A DNA stretch of 32,804 nt from Sphingomicrobium sp. (GTDB taxonomy: Bacteria; Pseudomonadota; Alphaproteobacteria; Sphingomonadales; Sphingomonadaceae), in contig JBJMUK010000010.1 of NCBI GenBank assembly GCA_045811225.1, positions 1-32,804 on the forward strand. The letters run 5' to 3'. Shown here piece by piece: positions 1 through 8,577 of the stretch. Under the pieces are notes generated by a model. The model did no database searches. It saw only the letters and a program-made list of their open reading frames with translations, and was not told where the DNA came from. The position numbers and the translations under genes are program-made. Numbering within the stretch: the first letter of the stretch is position 1; each line of letters starts with the position of its first letter.

Positions 1-289
1 GAGCACCGGGGTACTCGAAGTTTCCGTAGATGCGCCCGATGTGCAGGTAGGGCGTACCGACACCTATTCCGACATTGCAGGCGACGCCACGCTGGTGATC
101 GAGGCACGAGATTCGCTCACGGGCTCCCTGCTTGGGCGAGCGATTGATCAGGATATTGCGGGTGATTACACCATGGGGCCGCGAAATCGCGCAACGAACC
201 GTGGAGACTTCCGGGACCTGGTGCAGCAATGGGCCAAGGATGCAGTGCGAGGCATGGACGAGCTCAAGCGGCTGTCCCCAGTGCCCTGA
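1..289 (+). CDS. 3' end of a conserved hypothetical protein, probably DUF3313 family (5'-truncated by window)
   Basis: Frame is open from base 2 (STGVLEVSVDAPDVQVGR...) to TGA at 287-289. 'GDATLVIEARDSLTGSLLGRAIDQ' resembles the DUF3313 C-terminal motif. Confidence 0.5.
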   Translation, partial: STGVLEVSVDAPDVQVGRTDTYSDIAGDATLVIEARDSLTGSLLGRAIDQDIAGDYTMGPRNRATNRGDFRDLVQQWAKDAVRGMDELKRLSPVP

Positions 290-305
290 TCAAGGCCCTG
301 CCCGG

Positions 306-1154
306 CTAAGCGGCGAGGAGGCCGGCACTCCTGAAGATTGCCGCGGCATCTTCCACTTGGACTGATGTTGGAGGCTCGGTTTGGGCCAGGCGATAGTCCA
401 GGCCCAGTCGCTCCCATTTGTACGCGCCCAGCTGATGGAACGGCAGAACCTGAACACGCTCGACCACTCCCAGCGACGCAGCAAACACGGCGAGCTGCGC
501 AATTTCGGTTTCGACGTCCGTCAGTCCCGGCACGAGCACGTAGCGGATCCACATCGGGCGCTGCAACGACGCGAGGCGATGCGCGAACTGAAGCACCGCC
601 TGGTTCGTCATCCCACCCGTTACACGCTCGTGCTGCTCCTCGCTGAAACCCTTCATGTCGAGGATGATCAGGTCGATGTCCTGCAACTCCCGATCGGACA
701 GCTTCTCGCCATAGACGCCGTTGGTTTCGATCGCGTTGTGCAGGCCCATCTGCTTCGCAGCGCCGAATAGCCGCGCAGCAAAGCGGTGCTGCATCAGCGG
801 CTCACCGCCCGAAAGGGTGAAGCCGCCACCCATCCGTTTGAGGCCATTGGCGTACTTCCGGATCTCGTCGGTCGCCTGTTCGAGAGCCACCGGTATTCCG
901 TTCGACAACGTCCAGGTGTCAGGATTGTGACAGAATTGGCAACGGAAGTTGCAGGACGTTGTCCAGGCCACCAGCCGGATCCCCGGACCGTCCACGGCCG
1001 ACCCGGTGGTGAACGAGTGCAGGAACCCCATGTCACCGGTGCGGAGCGCCGACTTAACGTCTGTTTCGGAAACGCCGTCCCCCAGCTTGACGCGCATCTC
1101 GAATGGGCTTTTCGCCTCGAGCGATGCCGGCTTCGCTGCTGCCTCGATGCTCAT
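306..1154 (-). CDS. pflA: Pyruvate formate-lyase activating enzyme (radical SAM)
   Basis: VDGPGIR, CxxxCxxC (CNFRCQFCHNPDTW), GGFTLSGGEP, IRYVLVPG and LPFHQLG motifs; lies immediately downstream of pflB. Confidence 0.96.
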   Translation of the reverse strand: MSIEAAAKPASLEAKSPFEMRVKLGDGVSETDVKSALRTGDMGFLHSFTTGSAVDGPGIRLVAWTTSCNFRCQFCHNPDTWTLSNGIPVALEQATDEIRKYANGLKRMGGGFTLSGGEPLMQHRFAARLFGAAKQMGLHNAIETNGVYGEKLSDRELQDIDLIILDMKGFSEEQHERVTGGMTNQAVLQFAHRLASLQRPMWIRYVLVPGLTDVETEIAQLAVFAASLGVVERVQVLPFHQLGAYKWERLGLDYRLAQTEPPTSVQVEDAAAIFRSAGLLAA

Positions 1155-1155
1155 T

Positions 1156-3411
1156 TCAGGCCCCGTGGAATGTTCGGTTGATTACGTCCATTTGCTGATC
1201 GCGCGTCAGGCGCACAAAATTGACGGCGTAGCCTGACACGCGGATCGTCAGCGTCGGATATTTGTCGGGATGGTCCATCGCGTCGATGAGCGTGTCTCGA
1301 TTGAGCACGTTCATGTTCATGTGACAGCCGGTCGTCCCGAAGAACGTGTCGAGGATCGCCACCAGATTGGAAATCTGGTCATCCTTGGACTGCCCAAGAC
1401 CAGTCGGAACAATACTGGTGGTAAGCGAGATCCCGTCTTCCGCATCGCGATAGGGAATCTTGGCGACCGATGCGCCGGATGCGTGGATACCGTGGCTGTC
1501 GCGTCCGTGCATTGGATTGGCACCGGGGGCGAAAGGTTCGCCCTGGCGACGCCCGTCGGGCGTGTTGCCGGTCGCCTTTCCATAAACGACGTTCGAGGTG
1601 ATGGTCAGCACAGACTGGGTGTGACGCGCATTCCTGTACGTAGGATGCTTGCGCAATTTCTCCATGAACGTGGAGACCAGCCAGGCCGCCAGATGATCAA
1701 CCCGGTTGTCGTTGTTGCCGAACTTCGGGAAGTCGCCGTCGATCTTGTAATCGGTAATCAGTCCGGTCTCGTCGCGGACGACGCTGACCTTGGCGTGCTT
1801 GATCGCGGACAGGCTGTCAGCGACGACTGACATGCCCGCAATTCCGAACGCCATCGTCCGCAATGGCGCGTAGTCATGCAGCGCCATCTCGATCCGTTCG
1901 TAGGCGTATTTGTCGTGCATGTAGTGGATGACGTTCATTGCGCTGACGTAGATCCCGGCAAGCCAGTCCATCGTCGTTTCGAACCGCTTCAGCACATCAT
2001 CGAATTCGAGAACGTCCGTCGCGACGGGTTCCGATCGTGGCGCAACCTGCTTGCCGGTCATTTCGTCCCGGCCGCCATTGATCGCATAGAGCAGGCATTT
2101 CGCGAGGTTCGCGCGAGCTCCGAAGAACTGCATCTGCTTACCCATCAGCATCGGTGACACGCAGCAGGCGATCGCCCCGTCGTCTCCCCAGGCCCGACGC
2201 ATGATCTCGTCGCTTTCGAACTGGATCGAGCTGGTGTCGATCGCGACCCTGGCCACGTAACGGCGGAACGGTTCCGGCAATTGTGGCGAGTACCAGATCG
2301 TGAGGTTCGGTTCCGGTGCTGGACCCAAATTATACAAGGTGTGCAAGAAGCGGAAACTGCTCTTGGTGACGAGCGGCCGGCCATCGTCGCCCATTCCACC
2401 GATGGATTCCGTCACCCAGGTCGGATCGCCTGCGAACAGATCATCATATTCGGGTGTGCGCAAGAAACGGACGATGCGGAGTTTGATGACGAAGTCGTCG
2501 ATGATCTCCTGCGCTTCTTCTTCTGTCAGCAATCCGGCGTGAAGGTCCCGCTCGAAGTAGATGTCGAGGAAGCTGGAGACACGACCCAGCGACATGGCCG
2601 CGCCGTTCTGCTCCTTGATGCCGGCGAGGTAGCCGAAATAGAGCCACTGCACCGCCTCCTTGGCGGACGTGGCCGGCCGGGAAATGTCATAGCCATACTT
2701 GGCGGCCATGGCCTTGAGTTCGCCGAGCGCCCGGATCTGCTCGGACAGCTCCTCGCGATCCCGGATGATGGCTTCGCTGGATGGTTCGAGGTCGAGCGCG
2801 CTCCGCTCCTCCTGCTTGGCGGCGATCAGCCGGTCGACGCCGTAAACCGCGACGCGACGATAGTCCCCGATGATTCGCCCGCGGCCGTAGGCATCCGGAA
2901 GGCCGGTCAGGATGTGCGAGCTCCGGCACCGCCGGATATCCGCAGTGTAGGCGTCGAAGACGCCTTCATTGTGCGTCTTCCGGTATTTGGTGAAGGTTTC
3001 CACGACAGCCGGGTCGGGCTTGTAGCCGTAGGTTTCAAGTGCGGTCAGGACCAGCCGGAACCCGCCATTGGGCATGATAGCGCGCTTTAGCGGGGCTTCG
3101 GTCTGAAGCCCCACGATCACCTCATTATCCTGGTCGATATAGCCCGCGTCATGCGCTGTTATCGAGCTTGGGATTTGCGAAACATCGAGAACACCGCGCT
3201 TGCGTTCTTCAACGAAGAGGTCGGTCAGCTTCTTCCAAATGCCTTGCGTCCGAGGCGTGACGCTCGCCAGGAATCTCTCATCGCCGTAATATGGTTCGAC
3301 ATTCTCCTGGATGAAGTCGCGGACGTTGATCTCCGTATTCCAGAGTCCCGGCTTGAAATCGTAACGCGAGGGGACCTCAGTTTCAGGCCGCTCAAGCACC
3401 ATATCTGACAT
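1156..3411 (-). CDS. pflB: Pyruvate formate-lyase (formate C-acetyltransferase), glycyl radical enzyme
   Basis: [31 protein letters not shown], adjacent catalytic cysteines IACCVS, and glycyl radical loop [13 protein letters not shown]-like GGAGG upstream. Confidence 0.97.
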   Translation of the reverse strand: MSDMVLERPETEVPSRYDFKPGLWNTEINVRDFIQENVEPYYGDERFLASVTPRTQGIWKKLTDLFVEERKRGVLDVSQIPSSITAHDAGYIDQDNEVIVGLQTEAPLKRAIMPNGGFRLVLTALETYGYKPDPAVVETFTKYRKTHNEGVFDAYTADIRRCRSSHILTGLPDAYGRGRIIGDYRRVAVYGVDRLIAAKQEERSALDLEPSSEAIIRDREELSEQIRALGELKAMAAKYGYDISRPATSAKEAVQWLYFGYLAGIKEQNGAAMSLGRVSSFLDIYFERDLHAGLLTEEEAQEIIDDFVIKLRIVRFLRTPEYDDLFAGDPTWVTESIGGMGDDGRPLVTKSSFRFLHTLYNLGPAPEPNLTIWYSPQLPEPFRRYVARVAIDTSSIQFESDEIMRRAWGDDGAIACCVSPMLMGKQMQFFGARANLAKCLLYAINGGRDEMTGKQVAPRSEPVATDVLEFDDVLKRFETTMDWLAGIYVSAMNVIHYMHDKYAYERIEMALHDYAPLRTMAFGIAGMSVVADSLSAIKHAKVSVVRDETGLITDYKIDGDFPKFGNNDNRVDHLAAWLVSTFMEKLRKHPTYRNARHTQSVLTITSNVVYGKATGNTPDGRRQGEPFAPGANPMHGRDSHGIHASGASVAKIPYRDAEDGISLTTSIVPTGLGQSKDDQISNLVAILDTFFGTTGCHMNMNVLNRDTLIDAMDHPDKYPTLTIRVSGYAVNFVRLTRDQQMDVINRTFHGA

Positions 3412-3426
3412 GTCTGACCTCCATTG

Positions 3427-4713
3427 TTATTGAGTAGCAGGCGTTGGTTCAGCGGTTGGCGACGCTGCTCGCGCAGCGGGCCCCGTTTCCCGCAAGATCC
3501 ATGTGAGGAGCACCGCAAGGGCGACGCCGTACAGCAAAGGCTGGAAGGTGATCTGGTAATGCTCGAGCTCACGCTCCCCGCCAACGGCGGCGCTCAGAAG
3601 CCTGCTGGCGAAGACCGGGCCAAGCAACGCGGTCACCGAGAAGTTGAGGAAGTTCACCACGCCCGTCGCAGTGCCGCTGTGCTCGGGCAGATTGGCTTCC
3701 TTGATTACCGTGTACGGAATCATTGCTGCGCCGGAAGCGATGCCGCAGATCAGCGCGAGCGAATAGGGCGGGAACAGGTGCGCGGGACCGTAGAGGATCA
3801 TCCACAGCGTAATCAGGAGCACGATGCAGCCGCCGGCGATGACTGGCCGGCGTCGGCCCAGACGGTCAGACAGCCACCCCAGTAACGGACATCCGATGAT
3901 CCAGCCGGCGGGAACGGCCGCCGACCGGAGGACTGCCATCGAGTAAGGCACGTCGTGGGCTTCCTGAAGGAAGCGAACGCCCCACACCATGTCGAAGATC
4001 GTCGTCGGAATGAATATGAGCGCCGAAATGAGCCCGCACAGGATTGATTGGCGATTGGTGAACACCGTCCACATCGCCCTTGCCGCCTGTTTCAGCCACG
4101 GAGTTTCCGACGCCTGCTTCGGCTTGCTCCGCGGCGGGATGAATAGGAAGAGCAGCACGGCAATGGGCAGCCCGGCCAAGCCCATCCAGAACCAGAATTG
4201 ATCCCACTGCAGGCCGTTGGCCATTGCTGGACCGACGACGAATTGCCCGGCGGAGCCTCCGGCCATCCCGAACATCTGCGTCGCACCGATCAAGGTTGCC
4301 ACGCGGTAGGCGGGAAAATGGGTGGTCACGAGATAGGCCGCGCCAATCAGGGCAAACACGCCGCCCGCGCCCTGCATGAACCGCCCGAAGCTCGCGAGCG
4401 TCGGGTCTCCGGTAGAAAAAAGCAGTGCGCCGACCGCCACTGTTGCCGCCCCAGCCGGCACGACTTTGCGCGGGCCAAGCTGATCCATTGCTACGCCGGC
4501 AACCAGGCTGAATGGCGCGTAAGCGTAATAGAATAGACCCAGCAGCGAGGCGACACCGACTGACGTCAGCCCGAAAGCGTTCGACAATTCGGGAACCATC
4601 ACCGCCGGAGCGGAGCGCATCGCATATTGGTAGAAATAGTAGATGGACGTGATGAACCAGGCAGCGGTGACTACGCCGAGGGGAGTCAATCTCGGCTGAG
4701 CTGCCTGGTCCAT
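3427..4713 (-). CDS. MFS transporter
   Basis: About 12 hydrophobic segments and MFS motif A twice (GVAMDQLGPRKV; GWLSDRLGRRRPV). Short gaps to both neighbours indicate an operon. Confidence 0.92.
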   Translation of the reverse strand: MDQAAQPRLTPLGVVTAAWFITSIYYFYQYAMRSAPAVMVPELSNAFGLTSVGVASLLGLFYYAYAPFSLVAGVAMDQLGPRKVVPAGAATVAVGALLFSTGDPTLASFGRFMQGAGGVFALIGAAYLVTTHFPAYRVATLIGATQMFGMAGGSAGQFVVGPAMANGLQWDQFWFWMGLAGLPIAVLLFLFIPPRSKPKQASETPWLKQAARAMWTVFTNRQSILCGLISALIFIPTTIFDMVWGVRFLQEAHDVPYSMAVLRSAAVPAGWIIGCPLLGWLSDRLGRRRPVIAGGCIVLLITLWMILYGPAHLFPPYSLALICGIASGAAMIPYTVIKEANLPEHSGTATGVVNFLNFSVTALLGPVFASRLLSAAVGGERELEHYQITFQPLLYGVALAVLLTWILRETGPAARAASPTAEPTPATQ

Positions 4714-4723
4714 CGAACGGACG

Positions 4724-6334
4724 TCAACAAAGAACGAGAGAAACGGCCAGGCCGCCTTCGGACGTCTCTTTATATTTGGAGTTCATCTCCTTGGCGGTGA
4801 GCGCCAGCGCCTGGACCGTTGAGTCGAAATCGACGCGTCGGTTAATCGGGATCTCATTCTTCGCGATCAGGTATCCGGTCCACGACTTGATCGCTCCGAA
4901 GGCGCAACGCTCAATGCAGGGCACCTGCACGTAGCCCGCAACAGGGTCACAGGTCATCCCGAGGTGGTGCTCCAGGGCACCTTCGGCAGCGTTCGACACT
5001 ACTTGCGGCGGCTCATCATAGGCTTGGGCAATTGCCGCTGCGCCCATTGCAGAGGCTACGCCGATCTCCGCCTGACAGCCTCCTTCGGCGGCAGCCAGTG
5101 TCGCATGGTGCTTGCAAAGGTAGCCCACCGTCGATGCCGCGAGCAGTCCCTCCCGAAGCTTGGCCGCCGGGAGCTTCGCGCCGCCTGCGCCGAGCGAGTG
5201 GATAACTGCGGGCAACACGCCCGCCGAACCACCGGTGGGCGCCGTGATCACGAGGTGCCCACGGGCATTCTCTTCTGATCCGGCAAGAGCATAAGCCGAG
5301 ACCAGGCCAATCGCGCGCCGCGCTTCGCCTTCTTGGTTCTGAGCGCTTGCAAAAACGTCGTGTGCCTTCGTCTTCAGCTTGATCGGCCCGGGCAATGTCG
5401 ACGTGGGCGCCTCCAGACCGGCTTTCACAGTCAGCTCCATCGCACCCAGGATTTTATCCAGAAATGCGTTGATCTCGGCCTCGCTCCTGCCGGAAATGGA
5501 CGTTTCGTTCGCCATTGCGACCTGGGCGACGGACAGATTGTTCTTCTTGGCGTGCTCCACCAATTGCGCCATCGTCTCGTAGGGATATTTGGGCGGCTTC
5601 TTGGCGGGGGGGGTGTAGCCCTTCCATTCGATGAAGCCGCCGCCCACGGAGTAATATTCCTGTTCGAGTAGGACCTTGTCGCCGCCCATCAGTTTGGCGA
5701 CCAAGGTATTTGCATGCGGGAAGTCACCCTTGGTCGCATCGTAGACGATGTCCGCGAGCGACACGTTTATCGACTTGTTCCCGAGCTTGACCGGGAATGT
5801 CTGCTTGGGATTCGCGGCAAGTCCATCGAGGAACGCCGGATCAATCGTCGCTGGCTCTTTTCCAATCAATCCGGCGAGAGCTGCCCGTTCGGTTCCATGA
5901 CCTTTGCCGGTGGCGCTCAAGCTGCCGAAGAGATGCACTTTAAGTGCCGTCGCCTGCGCAAGCACGTCGGGCGCGAGCTTCGTCGCGCGCTGATAGAAAT
6001 CGTAGGTGATACGCATCGGCCCAATCGTGTGCGAAGACGACGGACCCGGCCCGACTTTGTAGAATTCATCGATCAGGGTCATCACTGGACCCTTGGACTG
6101 TTTGACGACTTGAAGCGCTGCATCGGTCTTGCCAGTCAGCGCCGCTCCGGCGGCAGGTGCCTGGGCCGGCGTGGTCTTGCTGCACGCCGCAATCGGCATG
6201 CCAGTGACGACAGCTACCGCGGTTGCCAGCGCACTGCGCACCATGAATGCGCGGCGGTCGGAGCCGACCGGCGGTTCACTGTAGTCGAGCTGCGGAAGCG
6301 GCAATTCAGTCTTGGTGTCGTTTGCGCTGTCCAT
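4724..6334 (-). CDS. sdaA: Fe-S dependent L-serine ammonia-lyase (fused beta+alpha SdaA type) with N-terminal Tat/lipoprotein-like extension
   Basis: VGPGPSSSHTIGPM, GSLSATGKGHGT, EENARG...TAPTGGSAG and three Fe-S cysteines (GGCQAE, GMTCDPVAG, VPCIER). About 84 extra N-terminal residues contain DRRAFM...IAAC. SD GAGGAG upstream. Confidence 0.93.
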   Translation of the reverse strand: MDSANDTKTELPLPQLDYSEPPVGSDRRAFMVRSALATAVAVVTGMPIAACSKTTPAQAPAAGAALTGKTDAALQVVKQSKGPVMTLIDEFYKVGPGPSSSHTIGPMRITYDFYQRATKLAPDVLAQATALKVHLFGSLSATGKGHGTERAALAGLIGKEPATIDPAFLDGLAANPKQTFPVKLGNKSINVSLADIVYDATKGDFPHANTLVAKLMGGDKVLLEQEYYSVGGGFIEWKGYTPPAKKPPKYPYETMAQLVEHAKKNNLSVAQVAMANETSISGRSEAEINAFLDKILGAMELTVKAGLEAPTSTLPGPIKLKTKAHDVFASAQNQEGEARRAIGLVSAYALAGSEENARGHLVITAPTGGSAGVLPAVIHSLGAGGAKLPAAKLREGLLAASTVGYLCKHHATLAAAEGGCQAEIGVASAMGAAAIAQAYDEPPQVVSNAAEGALEHHLGMTCDPVAGYVQVPCIERCAFGAIKSWTGYLIAKNEIPINRRVDFDSTVQALALTAKEMNSKYKETSEGGLAVSLVLC

Positions 6335-6367
6335 GATACACTCCTCACCCCGCAGCCGTAGCGACCC

Positions 6368-6386
6368 TGATCCGACGTTCGGATCA
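6368..6386. promoter_or_regulatory. Perfect inverted repeat upstream of the sdaA-MFS-pflBA operon (possible operator or leader hairpin)
   Basis: TGATCCGA-cgt-TCGGATCA, 33 nt upstream of the sdaA start codon. Confidence 0.4.
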
Positions 6387-6543
6387 CCCGTGCCATCGCC
6401 TGGAGCTTGCGACCCAGCGCGAGCATCAAAATCATTCTTAGGGGGCTCGTAACAGCCGTGGATCAGTGAAAACCCCTGAGTCCTGAGGGTTCATTCCCAT
6501 GCCGCTGCGGGGTGCCTGACACGACATCGACAGGGACCCATCG

Positions 6544-7392
6544 TCAGCAGTCCCTAACCCGATAGGTGTTGGGTAAAACCTCCGGCCAGCTATGTGACGT
6601 TGGCCCGATCAATCTGCGGACTTCTGCTGACTCGATCTGAAATCTGGCGGCCACCGTCATGTCGGCGAGTGCGCTTTCGCAGAGCAGCGCAACAGCGGCA
6701 CTGCGTTTCTCCGCCTCACGCCGCACAGCGTTGCTGACGGAGTCCGCGACCGATGCCTCGAGATCCCTGGCGAAACTGCGTACACACGCTCGCAGCGCGT
6801 CAATGTCGGCCTGCTTGTCAGCGACGCTTAGCCTAAATTCCTTCACGCCCGGCACTTCGTTCAGGTCGGGCACAACAGGAATCAGAAACCTGTCGACGTC
6901 TGTGTTCATGCCAGAAGAGACCGCGTAACGGGTGACCTCACCGGTGCGCCTGGTGTCGATCCAGTCGACGGTTCCCAAGACGGCATGACCCTCCGTCGCG
7001 TCGGTGCCCGCGAGACTCTCCTCCTCAATCTGAAAAAGCTGATGCCGGAGGGCCGCGGCCGACTTTGTTTCCCGCAAGAAAGTCTTGAGCTGCGCACTGA
7101 GTTGGGCCTTCTCCCACGGGAATCGCGAGACGAGTTTGCGAGCCCGGCTGACGTTATCAATGACCGACCATGCGTCCAGCAGGATGCAGTGACGATAGGT
7201 CGCTGGCCAGATTTGACCTTCGCACTCCGCTTCCGGTCGCAATTCGTAATTGAGTGCCGTTTCGTGCAGGCGGGAGTAAGACAGTTCGACACCGTCCACG
7301 GCGTAAGCGAATGATGTCAGCAGCCGCCGAAAACTGACGGGCAGCAACTTGGGCATGCAGCGGAAGATCGAGCTGGCCGATGTCAGTTCCAT
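6544..7392 (-). CDS. Hypothetical protein (~282 aa; ORF extends to 7551)
   Basis: Long ORF filling the gap between sdaA and pta. ATG at 7392 is preceded by SD-like GGGGGA. No family recognised. Confidence 0.65.
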   Translation of the reverse strand: MELTSASSIFRCMPKLLPVSFRRLLTSFAYAVDGVELSYSRLHETALNYELRPEAECEGQIWPATYRHCILLDAWSVIDNVSRARKLVSRFPWEKAQLSAQLKTFLRETKSAAALRHQLFQIEEESLAGTDATEGHAVLGTVDWIDTRRTGEVTRYAVSSGMNTDVDRFLIPVVPDLNEVPGVKEFRLSVADKQADIDALRACVRSFARDLEASVADSVSNAVRREAEKRSAAVALLCESALADMTVAARFQIESAEVRRLIGPTSHSWPEVLPNTYRVRDC

Positions 7393-7578
7393 TCGTTCCC
7401 CCGTGTCCGCACAGCGCTCATCCCGAGATACCCGTATGTCGCCGGAAGCTAATCGGACGCAGGGTTCGCCGCAGTCGGGACATCTCCCGATAGCCGCCAA
7501 GTGCCCTCTCATTATCCTGTTAACTCGACCCTCAACCTTAATCTCGTCCACCGTCCGGGACGTTGAACAGGAGGCGCG

Positions 7579-8565
7579 ATGCCTGTCCTAGAAGCTGACG
7601 CCCCCCCAGTTCGAAATGCACCCGCGCAAAATGACCACGCCCGATTGCGAGCCTTGGTTGCAAAGGCGCAGACCCACCCCCCCGCAGTGACCGCAATCGC
7701 TCATCCTTGCGACAAAGCGTCACTGGAAAGTGCGGTCGAATCGGCAGCTCTCAATTTGATTCAGCCGATCCTCGTCGGACCCGAAAAGCGGATTCGGGAA
7801 GTCGCGGCGGAACATGGATATGACATCGGCGCGTTCGAAATCGTTCCTGCGGACTATAGCCAGGAAGCAGCAAGCACCGCCGTCCGTCTCGTGCGCGAAG
7901 GTCGCGCGGAAGCCCTGATGAAAGGCAGCCTGCACACGGACGAATTGATGGGCGCGGTAGTCAAGCGCGAAACGGGGCTGCGGACCAGCCGCCGGGTGAG
8001 CCACTGCTTCGTCATGGACGTGCCCGGCCACGATCAGCCACTGATCATCACGGACGCCGCGGTAAACATTGCGCCGACCCTGAAGGACAAGATCGACATT
8101 ACACAAAATGCGATCGATCTGGCCAAGGCACTCGGCGTTACCGACGTACGGGTGGCGATCCTGAGTGCGATGGAAACCGTCAATCCGGACGTTCCATCGA
8201 CTGTCGAAGCGGCGGCATTGTGCAAGATGGCCGACCGAGGTCAGATCAGCGGCGCGGTGCTCGACGGACCGCTTGCCCTCGACAATGCGATCAGTCTGGA
8301 AGCCGCTGCGATCAAGAAGATCGCGTCGCCCGTTGCCGGTCGTGCCAATGTTATCGTGGTGCCGGATCTCGAGGCAGGAAACATGCTTGCCAAGAGCCTG
8401 TCGTTCCTGGCCGGAGCGGACGCCGCGGGCATCGTCCTTGGGGCGCGTGTCCCAATCATTTTGACAAGCCGCGCCGATGCTCTCGTCGCTCGGATTGCAT
8501 CCTGCGCAGTCGCTTTGCTCGTGGCGGCGGCCCGCCGCGGCAGTGCGACCTCCGCTATTGTCTGA
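7579..8565 (+). CDS. pta: Phosphate acetyl/butyryltransferase (PTA_PTB family)
   Basis: ALMKGSLHTDELM, ITDAAVNIAP, DGPLALDNAIS, PDLEAGNMLAK and PIILTSRAD motifs; SD GGAGG; followed by an acetate kinase. Confidence 0.92.
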   Translation: MPVLEADAPPVRNAPAQNDHARLRALVAKAQTHPPAVTAIAHPCDKASLESAVESAALNLIQPILVGPEKRIREVAAEHGYDIGAFEIVPADYSQEAASTAVRLVREGRAEALMKGSLHTDELMGAVVKRETGLRTSRRVSHCFVMDVPGHDQPLIITDAAVNIAPTLKDKIDITQNAIDLAKALGVTDVRVAILSAMETVNPDVPSTVEAAALCKMADRGQISGAVLDGPLALDNAISLEAAAIKKIASPVAGRANVIVVPDLEAGNMLAKSLSFLAGADAAGIVLGARVPIILTSRADALVARIASCAVALLVAAARRGSATSAIV

Positions 8566-8577
8566 GGCTCCCCGCAC

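Noticed and set aside
1156-3411. Non-PFL glycyl radical enzyme or microcompartment system
   Set aside because: The adjacent Cys-Cys and canonical PFL motifs are present, the activase has no ferredoxin insert, and no shell genes are in the window.
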